NCBI GenBank assembly: GCA_949878485.1
Contig: CATLAM010000001.1
Span: 82,363-146,362 of the forward strand
Reading direction: 5' to 3'
DNA length: 64,000 bases
Source of the DNA: an uncultured Eubacteriales bacterium
Lineage (GTDB): Bacteria > Bacillota > Clostridia > Christensenellales > UBA1242
The stretch's first letter is position 1, and the number at the start of each line of letters is the position of its first letter. Made by a program: the position numbers and the translations under genes. This document shows, piece by piece, positions 7,127 to 22,100 of the stretch. Below the pieces are notes generated by a model. The model had not been told where the DNA came from. It did no database searches and saw only the letters and a list, made by a program, of their open reading frames with translations.

Positions 7127-10100
7127 TTATATCACTTTACCAACGAATTTACCTGCACTTGCTTGATTAATAAACTCACCACTTGTCCACAAAACTTTTC
7201 TGAAACTATGTGCAGATCTAGTCCATGTAACACCATTATCATCAAATGAAACCTTATTTACAACATAATAATCGATTGTTGGTTTTTCATTGTGTATTTT
7301 TTTACCTAAACTGTTGTTATAGTTATAGCCAAAACACTCATTCATTAATCCTGCCCTTTTATTTTCATGAAATCTTGGACGAATTCCATATCCATGGTCA
7401 ATTATGTCTCCCATAGAAGTAAATTCTGATGAATAATCATTTGCATAACTTCCAATTGTAGTTGAATAATTTTCGAGCCATCCTGTTTCGTTAGTACCTC
7501 CCCAAGTACAATTATGAACATTTTCCCATTTCACTGGACTTTTTTGTCGTTGAACTAAGTAATTGGTAGTTGAATCTGAATTATTGAAACTTGACTTTGT
7601 GTAACTTACATTACCTTCAGCATCTCTCAATACTCCAAATGAACCAATTCCGCTATTACCATTAAAATTATCTATTGTATTTGAGTAATCAATGATATTA
7701 TTTTCTTCTAAATAAGGGTTTTCAATTGTTCTGTTTGCAATAACATATTTAGCATTGCAATTTACAGTGCCATCTACACCACTTATACTTCCAGTCTTAC
7801 CTTTCCCGCCTTTAATATTAACATTATATATTGATAAAGCATTTCCACCATCTCCGCCGTATCCACCAATTCCAGCATGTCCAGCACGAGCAAAACCTTT
7901 GAAACTGGAATCTACAACTACACTTCCACCATTCGTTCCATTTGTGTTTTTGATGACATTAATTTGCACTTGCTTATCACTTATTACATCTTCAGTAAAT
8001 GAAACATTGCCATTTAACTGACTTGAATTAGAACTATACAATTTTCCATTTGACCCATTTTTCCCATTTGCACCATTACCAGCAATTAAAATGTTGTGGT
8101 TGTTATAAACATCACTTTCAGCAGATTTAATTTTATCTTTAATTGTTGATTTAACTGTCTGTTCTGCTTGAATTGCATCTAAAGCATTAATTGTCATGTA
8201 ACTGTTGACTTGTTTTACTTTGCCTGACTCAGTTAAGATTGGAGTGACGGTACTTATAACGCTATTTGAAATGTTTCTCATATTACCATAAAGTGAAACA
8301 TTATCTAAAATTCCTTTGTTTTCATTTTGAGAAAATACAGAATGAGTTTTATTTGCATTTACTGTTCTCAAAGAAATATTAGAGATTATAATCATATCAG
8401 AAATTTTTATCTCATCTTTTGCTTGAATTGTTTTTCCGTTTGACACAAAAACATGGGAATTTTTTGTTGAATTCATTTTAAATATATAATTATTTCCAAC
8501 AATATTTTTAGTGTTTGCACCAACATTTTCATTTTGCAAATATATATTTGCACCAACAATGATGTTATCAATTTGTCCTGTTTCACTTAAAGATTCTTGC
8601 ACAATATTTTTAGTATTTGCACCAATAGAAGCAGTATATTTTTTCTCATATTCAGTTTCATAATAATGTTCTGCAGAAATAACGCCATCATTACTAATTA
8701 AAAACTCATTTTCACTGTCTTTTTCTCTGTAGGATAAATTACTGTAATCTGGATTATCTCTGACAGAAGTGTCTTCATATTGACAATTTTCAGTTAAGTT
8801 TTCAATTTTATATTCAGACGCAATTGGTGGAGTTCTATCATAATACTTACCGTCAAAATTTATTTTATTTTCTGAATCTGTTCTAGAGAAAATAATATCC
8901 AACTTTTCTGAATCTGTATATTTGGTGTTTTTTATACCTGCACTTATATATTTTAATTCAAGTGTTAAATCTTCGTCTAAACTAAACTTGTTAAACACAT
9001 CAAAATTTGGTTTTTCCATTTCAACACTATCAATCCACTCAATGCTAACTTCTTGTTTTTCATCAGTATTTATATATTCAGCCTTAATATTATATACAGA
9101 CATTTTTCCATCTTTATAAATGAATTTTTTGCCGTTTTGATGATAATTAAAAGTTACCTCATTCTTTATGATTTCTTCACCTTTCTCTTCATAAACTCTC
9201 TTGTAATTGTAAGTATAATATTCAACTGTTAATGTCCCATCATAATATGATGTAAAAACAATGTATTTATTATTTTCGCTTTCAGTGCTTTTAACTTCTT
9301 GTTTTTCTTCATTTGAAGAAAAACTTTCAGAGGATATGCTATGACAATATATTGTCCTGTTATATCCAACAATATCACCGTCATTGAAATATCTATCAGC
9401 ACCAGTTTCAAAATAATAATCTTCTCTTTCAGTAATTGGAGAATCGTCAGAAGACTTTAAAGACAAGTTTGACTTATAAGAATATGCATATTCTTCTTTG
9501 CTTCCATCTCCTGTCATAGGATAATCTGATTCAGTATGATCAATTTTATCATAATTATCACTAAGATTAGTGTTGGTTAAATAAATTTTCAATGTGCCTT
9601 GCTTAACATTTTTTAATTCAACAGTTTTATTATAATCTTTATCAACCTTTCCAAATCCAATGTCTATTATTTCGCCTTTGTCATATACTTTATATTCATA
9701 TCCCAATTGATTGAAAATTGAATTAATGTATTCAAGATAGAAATAACTTGGAGTAAACTTAAATGTTTCTGTAACCTCATAGAAAGTGATTCCACCAATA
9801 GTTTCTGAATTCTTGTTTGTTGCAGATTCTGCAAATTCTGCAAAATTGTTACCTGTAAATTGTGCTTGACCTTCTGCATCAAATTTAAAATTATCTTTGT
9901 TTTCTAAAACTGCATGTTGATAAATTTTGAAATATGTGTCAGATCCAACCATGTCATCTTTGCTGAAATCTGATGTAGAACTTGTTATTTCGGATTTTGT
10001 AAAAGTAAAATTAAAATTATGATTTTCAATAAATGTATTAATATCGTCAGTGTCAACAATAATTGCTAACTCAGATTTGCCTGTAACCGAATAAAGATAT

Positions 10101-13100
10101 ATTATACCATCATCAAATTTAATACTATAATTTATCTTGTCACCTTCACCACCTAGACTTCCCCCTTCAGCCTTAAACTCATCTTCTTCAAGTCCAATAT
10201 AATGTTTGTCGTCAATAAATATAATACATTTTTTTGATGCCCCAATCTTTGTTTCTCCATTAGAATTTATTATATTAAAACGATAACTTAAATCATAATC
10301 CCCAGTTATATTTGTTACTGTTAAGAATTCAGAATTTTCAAATACATCGAAAAGTTCACTAAATTTCATAGTATTATGTTCTTTGAATGTAAGGTCTTTC
10401 GTTGTTTCGGTTGAATTGTCCACTAAATCATATTCAAAGCAATCATTTCCATTTACATCTTTAATATAATTTGAATCTATCAAAATCTTAGAAGTAATCA
10501 TTTCTTTACGATTTATTATATAATGAGTTATATTCAAAGTTTCGCCTGAATAAGAATGATTTCCTTTAATAAGTAAGTATGCACCTTCATATTCTTCACC
10601 ATTTGCTATAAAGGTAGGTGTAAAAAGGCTTCCTGTTTGATTTTTAGACGCATATCTTAAAACATCTAAATCTAAATAAGTTTCACCATTCAAAGTAAAG
10701 TTATAACTATTGCCATTTTTTCTTTTGTTTATATCTCTTTCTGTTACATCTTGCAAATCAAATACATTATCTTGAGTTATATTCAATGTTCTTTCACCAG
10801 AGTCATTTATCATATTTGTAAGCAAAATATAAGTATCATTATTCTGATGAATAACCATATTCTTAGATAATCGAACAGTCTCTAGTTTTTCGTAATTTAC
10901 AAATACTTGAATTCTTGCTAATACATTTGAAACATTTTCAGAAAAGAACAAATTTGCAGTAACTATGCATTCATCCCCGCTTATGTCAATAGATTTAACG
11001 ACAGATTTATTTAATTTGCCACTATTGTCAATAAATTCAAACATATCAGCACTCAAAGATGATGACATATTTTCAACATTTACAGTAAATTCAATTTCTA
11101 CTCTGTAAGGAGAATAAACATCATTGATATTATCTTTGTTATAAACAACAGCAACTGACTGTCCTGCTACATTGAAATCAACAAAATTTTCTTTGCCAAT
11201 CTTTCTGCCTTCATCAATTTCGTTTATTTTGTCTTGAATCATTTCGTAACCAACATTTGTAATGTTTGAATTTAAAATGAATTTATCTAAATCTTTAAGC
11301 AATTCATCATAACTTTTAAATGTCACTGATGAATAATATGTATTTTCACAAGCCATTCCTATATCATCTAGAGATAACCCTATATTTTCATAGTTATGAA
11401 CAGTTGCTACTCTTTTCTTTATATCATTTGACGTGTACTTATCTCCATCGTTCCTTCCTGTCCCGTCTGCTTTTCCTATCCCATTTCTATAATAATAATA
11501 ATAAAAACCTAAATAATCCTTTGGAGTGCCCGGCCCTGAAACCTCTGGAGCGTCATTATAATAACTTTGCAAAATAGCATTTATATAGCTCCCACTATTT
11601 TGGTCTGTCGTTGCTGCATATGCTCTGGTTATTGTGTCAAGCATATAAACTCTGGTTGAGAATCCGTAAGAATCAATACCATTAGTATATATCTTTCCAT
11701 CTACTTTAAACTTACCATAAGACAATTTCTTATTACTCTCAGTAATATTCTTCTCATTTCCCAAAATATCATTTCTTTTGAAAACCAAAGTTTGAGTATC
11801 GATTTTTTGTCCGATTACACCATCATTAAGAATGTTGTCAGTTGATGTTCCACAATTCTTTATCATTGTGCTAATGTTAGAATCAGTAACTAAAGGTGCA
11901 TAACCCACACCAAACGCAAACACTTTTCTCAACAAACCTTCATTGTAAACAGTAGTCAAATTATATTCAAGATCATTTGGTTCATTGATATATTCTTTAA
12001 TTTCTTCTTGACCTGATGCTAATTTTTTATAAACTTGATTTGTTGAACCAGTTCCAAGTGCTTCAACCTTGGCATCATTTAAACATCCTTCAACCTTAAA
12101 GTTGTCTGTTGCATAACCAAAGATTCCGCCAGCAACACTGTAACCCATGTTATTAACTTTCTTTTTACTATCTTCATCATTTTTATCTTCATTATTCCCT
12201 TTGTTAGAATAATTTCCAACTCCTATCATTCCTGTGTTATATGAATTTAATATTTCCCCATTTTCAATGTAACCTACAATTCCGCCAGCAACGGCATTTT
12301 GAGTTTTTCCTTTAGTGTAATTTGCCAAAACGGCATTTACATTATAAGATTCTGTAATGCTTCCTTTATTCATATAACCAATAAGACCACCAGTTATAGA
12401 ATTTAAAAATTTATTATTTCCACGTACACTTCCAACTTGTTGTTCATCCACATTAGAGTTACCTGCTTCGCCATTAATATAAATTTGTAAACCATTTAAA
12501 GTGTTTTCATTATCTTCCTCACCAAAATAATTTATATCTGAAGTGTTTTGGATAATGCCTGAGTTGGAGATTACTGACAGTGTGCAGTTGTTTGCACGTC
12601 CCACTACACCACCTGTGATTGATGCAGATGCTGAATTGGTTATGTTTACAATGGATTCAATGTTTTCCATTGTTGTGCCTTCGGCAAAACCAACTACACC
12701 ACCAACATTTTTGGCGTTTTTGTTGTCTATATTTCCAATTACTGTGATGTTTTTCAACAAACCACCAGTCATTTTGATTGCTAAAATACCAAAATTTTCA
12801 ATATTTTTAGTATTGTCATCATTGACAACACCAGTAAAGTTATTTACACTGTCTGCTTCGTTTATAATTCTTAAGTTTTCTATGTTTCCTTTAAATTCAT
12901 TAAACAAAGCGTTTTCAGCACTATTGAATGTCAAAGTTTTTCTGTTTCCATCTAAAGCAAATAAATCTTTATCTGGATCAAACTTATATCCTACATCTTT
13001 TAATGTAACATCGTATTTAAGAAGATATTTATAAGTCATTTTCGATGTAATCATGTCGTTAAACTTTTTGTTGTTTAAAATGGCTAAATACCAATTATCA

Positions 13101-16100
13101 TCATAATTTGCTGCACTTTCGCCATTCTTATCAATTAACATGTCATAGCCAACTGCAGAATAAGAATATGTTCCGTCATCATTGACTACATCTTCTTCAT
13201 TTCCTCCATTAACTTTTTTATCTCTGATGTAAGTGGTTGTGTTTTTAAGATAACCAAAACCATGAGAAGCAAAACCATAGTTGGTGTAAGGTGTGAAATA
13301 CCAATTTGTCAAACTTCCATCAGCACTTGTTGTTCCTGTCGTTAAATCATTACCTTTATTTATTGCTTTATCTTTTGACAATGTTTCATAACTCAAAGAG
13401 TATAGATATTTGCCTGTATATCCATTAATTCCATATCCATCAATACCATCACAATTATTGATTATTTGACCAGAAGTGTCAAAATTATCATTGTTAATAA
13501 AATGAATTTTAGTGCCAATTTCTCCCAATGAAAGAGCATCTGTGCATTTAACTTGTGTCACAGAATATACATCCATCAAATCTCTTTCAATCGTATTAGT
13601 ATCTAACAAAGTATCTGTATTTGCTGCGTAAGCAAAAGTATAGATGTTTGCATTTACATAAGTTTCAATTTGACCTGAAGAATATGTTGTTCTAATTAAT
13701 GAGTTGTAATCATTCACATTTGCCACACCAGAAGCATATCCTTCATCATTTCCGCGATAGATCATGTCCACATCTGTGAAACATTCTTGAATCATTCCAC
13801 TTCTTAAAGTTCCAACAATTCCGCCAAGATTGATTGCCTTTCCACCGCCAACAGACAAAGTTCCATTTACGCCAACACCATAAATAATGGAGTTGCCATA
13901 CATTTCACCAACGACACCACCAAATGAAACATTTGTATAATCGTTATCGTCCCTGCTGTAATTTGCACCATCAATATGCAAATTCATTAAAAGCCCAGAA
14001 ACAACAGTGAAATCAACATTATTATTGTCTACATAAGCATCTTTATTTCCCATTACATTGATAAGTGAGCCATATTTAGCAATTTTATCTTGAACAGTTA
14101 AATGTTGATCCTTAATTTCAGTTGTTAAATCAAAATAAGTTGTTCCTTTCTTTTCTTCAAAAGTGATTGTGTTTGTGTTTCCAACAACCACACTGTTTGA
14201 AAGTTCTTTAAAAACTGAATTGTTTATAGTTTGATTTTCTTTAAATTTATACCAAGAAATTCCATGAGATTTAGAAACTCCGCCTTGTCCCATATCTTTA
14301 TTAATTTCTTTTGGATTAAGTTTTGTTCCACTGTTTCCATTTCCACTTGTCAAACCCTTGAAATCATCCAAAATATTTGCACTTGCGTTTCCTGCTGTGT
14401 TTTTTAATCCAACAAAACCGTTATAAGTTGCTGTGTCACCACCATATGTTGAATCAACATTTCCTTCATTTTCTTGATAAGCAAGGTTTACGCCAGAAGA
14501 ATATTTGTTTTCTTTAAAGTATACACAATCACTGCTTGAGCCGACAATTGCACCAACATTATAGTTTCCCGCATTTTTATTGTTTCCTGCTTCTTTATAT
14601 TTGCTGTTGAAAGATGTCATCAAAGAAGAACATTGTTCAACAACAACATAACTTGCAGAACCAATCATTCCTCCAAAGTTGTAAGTGTTAAGTTTAGAGT
14701 TGTCATAAGAAGTTTTTGAATCAATATCTTCAAATGCTTTTGGATACATTACAAAGACATCGCCATAGGTTTTGCAATCAGAAATTTTATATGAATTAGA
14801 ATCTCTTACAGAACCACTTGGATTTGTGCCTAAATTAAACAAACCAACAATTCCGCCAACATTTACAACAGCGCTTTGTATGTTTTCATAAATCTTCAAA
14901 GCTCCACCATAAACAACTTTGTTGATAATGATTGGTCGTTTATCGTTAGCCCAATCCGTTCTTTCAACAAGACCAACCGCACCACCAAAATTAATTTTAG
15001 AAGAATTTGAAATTGTGTTTCCAAGGATGTTATAACCAAGGTTGTTTTTAATTTCAACCTTAAAATCAGATGTGGCGTCAGATTTTGCAATGTTGCCAAT
15101 CATACCACCCACATTGAAACTGCTTTGAGAAGAAGATTCTCTTGCATCTGTGCTTGTTTCATTATTCCAGTCAGTCACAGAGAAATCTAATGTGCTTGTT
15201 CCAGAAGCAGTGATGTTTATTGTTCCATAAGTCTTTCCAACCATTCCACCAACATTGCAGATTTTTGCCTTTACATCCAAAACACCAGCAATATCAACTG
15301 CTTGACCAGAAATTGTCAAAATTCCACCAGCTACTTGAAGTCCTATGTAACCACCAACAGCATTGTCATCGTCTGTTCCAGTAATTATATAAGGATTTTT
15401 TGTTTCATATTTATATAAGTTTTGCTCGAACAAATCTATGTGAGATTTTGTTGTTGCTTTATCATCAGTTGAAGATTTGTAATTGTAATAATCGTTAAAT
15501 TCTCCAGTAATATCCTTCTTTGAATCAACATATTTTCCAACATTGAAGTTTAATGAAAGTCCACTGATGGAAACATTTCCGCCTGCTTTACCTGCAAAAC
15601 CACCAATGTTTGCAAAACCAGTTTCAGCAGTTTCATCTTGATAGATTCCACCACTTATAACCATTTTTCCAAGTTTGCTTTGAATGTTTACATTGGACTC
15701 AATGTAACCAAAACCCAAACCTGCATAGAAATTATTTATAGAAGACTTTTGATTAATGACAATGTTTGTGTCAGAAACATCTTCACTTGAAATCATGCTT
15801 ACATTTTCCACGCCTGTAAGTTTTCCAGCATATGCACCAACATAAACATTTGCATCTTGTTTCGAACTGACATTAAGATTAATCTTTCCAAATTGAGTCA
15901 ACCCAACAGTAAATGTTCCCCATTGTCTTGCAATTTCACCAGCATAAAGTCCCATGTAAACTGTGCTTGCAGATTTATTGTTGAATGCTATTGAAGTTGT
16001 TAAAACATTTGAACCTTGAATTTTCTTGAATGAAACACCTGAAATAATCATTGTGTCATAAAGGTTGCGTTGTTCCAACTTCCCAACTAAAAGTCCAAGG

Positions 16101-19100
16101 TAAGCAGTTGATGTGCTGTCACCAGAATTCAAGGTAATGTCATTAACAGGAGTGCCATCTAAATTTTCAAGCCCACTTAACCTTGAAGTGTCAAACAAAA
16201 TACCTTCAAAAGTTGTGGCTTCAGCATAGTTTGCAAAAACACCTGTGCCATATCCTTCTTCAAGTCCTTGACCAGAATGTGCTGTAAGATTTAATGGAGC
16301 ATTTAAAACAATTTTAATGTCTTTAAACACAATATTATTAAGTCCAGTTGTTTCATTTTTTGTAATTTGATAATTAATTGTTGGATTTTTGTCTGCACTT
16401 GAAGATTCTGATGCTGACATATAGAAAGTTATGCCCTGAATTTTTGCTGTTGGAGCAATGTTGTTAAAAATTGCTCTATCCATAATAATTCCGACATCAG
16501 AATCAACTTCGCCACCACCAGTAATTGGTTTCTTAACTGTGCCTTCTTCATGTGTGCCTGTGTAAGCATAGTAAGAAATCAATGTTCCAGAAAATCCTTC
16601 AAGGACTCTTTCTGTTTCGTTAAGGTCGACATTTGATTTTGTAAGATTGATGTCAACATAAGTCTTGTCATTTTCGTCTTTATTTTCTTTTCCTCTTAAC
16701 ACAATCGTAAGGTTGTTTGATTGACCATTTTTGATTGTCTGTAAGATTTCTTTGGTGTTCCAAGCATCCCAGAACAACAAGTTAGTTTGTGGGTGCAATT
16801 CAATTATTGGGAAAAGTTTGTCTTGTTTGTGTTGCCAATAATTTGCATTCCATCCACGCTTAACGAAGAATGAATTGAAAGTTGAATAAGCAACTGACAT
16901 ACTTTTCATGTTAGGTTTTCCGATATGGTCGATGTCAGCCACAACTGCACTCTTGTCTAAAACAACTTCTGTGCCATCTTCGCCTTGCACTTTGGCTTTT
17001 ACATAATTAAAACCAAATGGTTGAAGATTTACTGTTACACCATTCACATTCAAAGCAGTGTAACCACCTACAGTCATCGTTCCTTCTTGTGCTTTCAAAC
17101 CACTTACTGCTTCCGCATAATAACTTTGATTTGTGATGAAATATATGCTGGAAGAAGTTTCTTCTTGAACAAGTTGTCCATTGGTGTTTACTCCGTTCCA
17201 ACTTAAAACATTGCCAATAAATGTGAAATGCCTGTCGCTTGTATAGGCATTATCTTTAACTTCAACAACTTTGTCACCTGTCAATATATTGTTTGTGTTG
17301 AAAGAGTAATAGTTTACAGCATTGACATTTTTAAAGCCTAAAACTACTTCCCTGTCCTTAGCACCAATAATTCCTGCACTGTAACTGCCACTAACACTGC
17401 CAACTCCTTTCTTGGCAAGGTCAGCACTCAATGTTTCAACATTGTTTTCAATGTATACATCTCCAGAAGCATAGACATCATGCAATGCCAAATTTGCTTT
17501 AGGATTATTTTCTGCAAAAGTTAAACTGTAACTGTTGTCATTCTTTGCAACATATCCGATAATTCCACCTGCTGCCAAAGTGTGACGACAGAAATTTGTT
17601 GTGTCGTTTACAACAACATTAAGTTTGTTGAAGCCAGTGTAAATGTAACCACCGCCCATGTAACCAACTAAACCACCAATAAATAATGGGTCATTAGCAC
17701 GAGATTTTTGAAGTTCTTCGTCATCTAAACCAGAAGCAGAATAAGAGAATATTGAAACTTGCCCTCTTTGATTTGAAGAATTAACTGCTGAATAATATCC
17801 ATTTTGATTTTCTTCAATCATGTCTTGCAAAGTTTTTTCATAAGAAGCAGAAACTGCAAACATTCCACCATAGTTTTCACCGATAAGCCCACCAGCATAA
17901 AGGTTTCTTGAAATGATGTAAGATGGGTTAGAATTATCCATTGGAGAGTTAAGTTCCAAAACAGCATCGTAAATCAAAGTTGTTTTTCCAACATACCCAA
18001 ACAAACCACCTGTAACTTCAGCATAGATGTTTATTGCATCAGAAACATGAATTGTAATTACATTGTAATCGCTCATTCCATAAGAAAGGTTGATGCTTGC
18101 AAATTCTAATGTTCCGTCATAAATGTCAACATAACCAGCCACCGCACCAGCATAAGAAAGTGATTTCACAAAAGGCTTCAATGCTGAATTGCTGTCAACA
18201 TATCTTCTTAAATTGTCACCTGTATTTGCTAAATTTGATTTGATTGTCTTTTGGTCATCACTGTAAGAAGAGAACACTTCCACTCCGCTGACACTGATGT
18301 CGCTGAGTTTACTGTCACCAAACACCATTCCAAAAAGGCCACCAACAACATTTTGTCCTGCAATCATTTTTTCTTCTGCAACAGAACTGTTTGATTTGTC
18401 GTCAACAGTAAGTTTGATGCTGGAAATTCTGGAATCAACAACTGTTCCTGCAAGTGTGCCGACAATGTTTGCTTTTGTGTTGTTTACTGCAACAACTTCC
18501 AATTTAAGTCCCATTATGGAAGCACCATTAAGTTTTGCAAACAAACCATAGTTTTCTAATTCTTCTTCACTTCCGAGTTCAATTCCTGAAATTGTGAAAC
18601 CATTGCCATCCAAAATTCCTGTGAAAGTTTTACTTGATGTTGTAAGAACAGTCTTTTCTTCTTCATTTTCAAGTTCGGAAAGGTCAATGTTTCTTACAAG
18701 TCTGTAATTTCCAAACACTCTTGTGTTGTCGTAGAATTCTTTGAAAGAAGAAATTTCTTTGCTTGTCGCTTTTCCTGTCGCCTTAGCAAATTCGGCTGCA
18801 CTGCGAATAATAATTGGGTTCAATTTGCTTCCATAAGACAAGTTGGCGTAATTCATGGTTGTAAGGTCAGTGATGTGATTGCTGTAAAAGACGCTTGTGA
18901 CACCATTTGTTGTCACAGCATATCTGTTTGAAAGTGCTTTTTCGTTTGCACTGACAAGAGTTATTCCTGTTTGAAGATTAATCTTCCAAATTCCGTCATA
19001 AGAGTTTTCATAAGATGAAAAACTGAAACCATAGAAAGAATCCATGTTAACAACGTCATCCACGGCCAAAACAGAAGGTTCGATTCTCTTTTGATTTGAT

Positions 19101-22100
19101 TCAGATATCAAAGAAGTTGCATAATAATATGAAGATTCAATAACACCAAAATTTTGAGATGTTGCATTGTAAACACCAGAGAATTGCATTTGATTAATGT
19201 CTTCAGCATTGATTAAGCACGCGGTATAACATAATCTTATAATGGCGTTTTCAATGTTTCTGTAAACAAAACCTGCACCATATTCGTTTGTCATTTCAGT
19301 GTTGTCGATTGCAATGTTGGAATAACAATTTTCAACTGTTCCACCATTTTCATAAATAAAGCCACCAACAATACCTCTTGCAGAAATTGAAGATCCAGTG
19401 ATAACATGAGAAAAGACATTTTCTTCTGTGTCTGTTTCCAAAACTCTGACACCTTCAACATAACTTGTTTGAATTATGTTTGTGTTGTTTAATGCAAATC
19501 CTGCAGTCTTAGAAGTAATTGAATTCATGCGGTTATAGATTTGAACATTATCAACAAAGCAGGCAGAAATATAACCTGAGCCACCATTGCTGTTTACAAA
19601 TCCAGCGACATCACCTTGTCCTAAAATTGTGAATGTTCCAAGATTTTCTGATTGAACATAGTTAAGACCACCAATTTCAACAATTCTTTGCACGGCATCT
19701 CCACCAACACGAGAGTTGACAATTGAACCATTGTTAGTTTCCACAAAACCAGAAATTGTGCTTGAATTTAAAGCATAATTTGAGGAATTTAAAATGTCTG
19801 CAGTAAGAATAATTGGGTCAGTGTTGTTTCCATCAGTATATTGAACAAACAAACCTGTTTCGCCAGAATTGGATGTCATGAATTCTGATGTTGGGTCATA
19901 ATAAGCAACCACTTCACAATTATAGATTATTCCAGAGTTTTCAATCGCAAAGCCTGCAATGTTAACTGATTGATATTGTCTTATATTAACATTGATTTGA
20001 CCGCCTTGATAGATGTTTACACGAACATTCTTCAAAAGCGTGTTTTCTTGAACAGTTGTAAACAATGCCAAAGTCAAAGATGAGTCTTCTGCCGATCTTT
20101 TGAAACTGTTTAAATTGATTGTGAAACCATTTCCATCCAAACTGTTAATTAAAGATGTGTCAATTGGTTGATAATCATTAAGTTCGATGTCAGCCATAAG
20201 AATGTAATCGTCTGGCTTTTCAGAATTTGTTAAATAATCAACAAACTCTTCAGCATTATAAATTGTGGTTGGTGTTTCTTCATCAGACCAAATTTCAACA
20301 GAAATAACGAAATAATAATCCCAAACAATTTCTTTTCCTTGAATATACATTGTTGTTTGCAATTTCATAAGTTGACTGCCCGTCAATTTTCCAACTATGT
20401 TGACATTTTTAAAGTCAACCCCACCAACATTGGCATCTTCTTCAACAACATCAAAATAGTTTGACCTTTGAATTGGTTGTCCAAGTTGTTCGTTGTAAAT
20501 TTTGGTTGAAACATCCGAAACAATTCTCTTATCATTGGTTTCAACATCTTGCCCAACAACAAAGTTTTCCACCAAATATAATTGTTGGATAAGTCTTGTT
20601 TCCATATATGAAAGTGTTGAAGCATTATATATATAATTTATATAATAATTAGATAATTCATCTTTATAATTGTTTTTAAGTGCAAACTCTTGTCTTTTCT
20701 TCATGAGTTCTGCAACTGCTTCTGTTTCTTCAGCATTGTTAGGGTCATAATTTGTGTAAGTTTCTGGCAAAACAGGATAGTCAAAAGAAAGCACATTTTT
20801 TGCATTAACATAAGCATGGAACACATCAAACTGCAAGCCACCATAACTTGTTGTTCCGCCATTTCCAGAAACACCAATTCCTTCTTTTTCAATGGCAAAA
20901 TCAACAAGACAGATTGTTGCTCTGCTTTCTTTAATTTCTTGCACTTTGTTGTTGACAATTTTTTCAACGGTTGCACAAACATAGAACACGCCTGTGTGAC
21001 TTCCGTCAACAAGTGTTGCATCTACATCCGCAACAACAAAAGCAGTATAAATCTTGCTGTTTCCAACGATTTCCATTGTTGGAGTTGTCAATGACAAGTT
21101 TTTCAAATTGTTAGTCAAATAAAGACTGTTAAGTTCTTGGTCAAGAGCAACAGTAACAGAAACTTTTGCCATAGTTCCCCTTGCCAATGTGTAGAGTGAA
21201 GAGCCTTCAACTTCAACTGTGGCTTCTTTCAAATATTCCACACGAAGTTCTTTATAAAAAGTCTGTTCATTTAATTGTTCATTTTCATAGAAATAATTAA
21301 CATTAAATTTAATTGTGCTGTTTGCAGTAAAGGCACTTGAAACATAAACTCTGAAATAATAAACTCCATTGCCTTGTTTATCACTTTCTGTTAAGTTTAC
21401 TTTTACACCATTTGTGATTATGTTTGTGTTTGTTGTGTCTATGTAATAACCATAATTTGCGTTATACAACATCTTTGAAATGCTTAAACTGCCTGTTTTT
21501 CCTTCATCGCCAGCATTTGATGTTGTTACATCATAAGTCAAAGTGAAATGTGTCATCTTCGCAAAAGAAGGGCTGATTGTCACTGCAAGCAACATATCTG
21601 AAGATGGAGCAACAGTGTTGATTGTGTTGTTTGATGGTCTCATGTAAAGGGTTGAATTTCTGATTTGACGCATTTCAATGCCATAAACTTGAACAGCCAC
21701 AGCATCAACTGGTTGAGTTCCAACAGAAAGGTTGATTTCTTTCTTAGGGAAACTGTTGTTGTTAAGTTGACTTAAAGCAGAAACCTTTATATTCAAGTTT
21801 TCATAATCAAATTCAATTAAGTGTCTGTTTTCTTCTTTAACATTGACACCAACATTAAATCTGAAATCACCATTTGCCAAAACTTGTTTTGTCCAATAAA
21901 TTTCCAAAGTCAAATGAGAGTCGATTTCATATTCAAAGAAATTTTGTCCTGCAACACTTGTTTCACTTTGAACACCTTGAATTTCAAAGTTGTCATAGAC
22001 AACAGAGATTGAAATGTTATCGTCAGCGTTGTCAGAAGCCATGTCAACAGTAAAGTTTTCTGTTTCATCAGGCTCAATCTTCAAATTCTGTTTTGAAATT

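Noticed and set aside
8499-8625. Two 25-nt near-identical repeats (ACAATATTTTTAGT[G/A]TTTGCACCAA at 8499-8523 and 8601-8625) inside the giant gene, considered as a possible phase-variation or recombination substrate.
   Set aside because: They encode the in-frame peptide repeat GANTKNIV. Recombination between them would delete 102 nt in frame. No homopolymer or other slippage-prone tract is associated. This is treated as ordinary protein-repeat structure.
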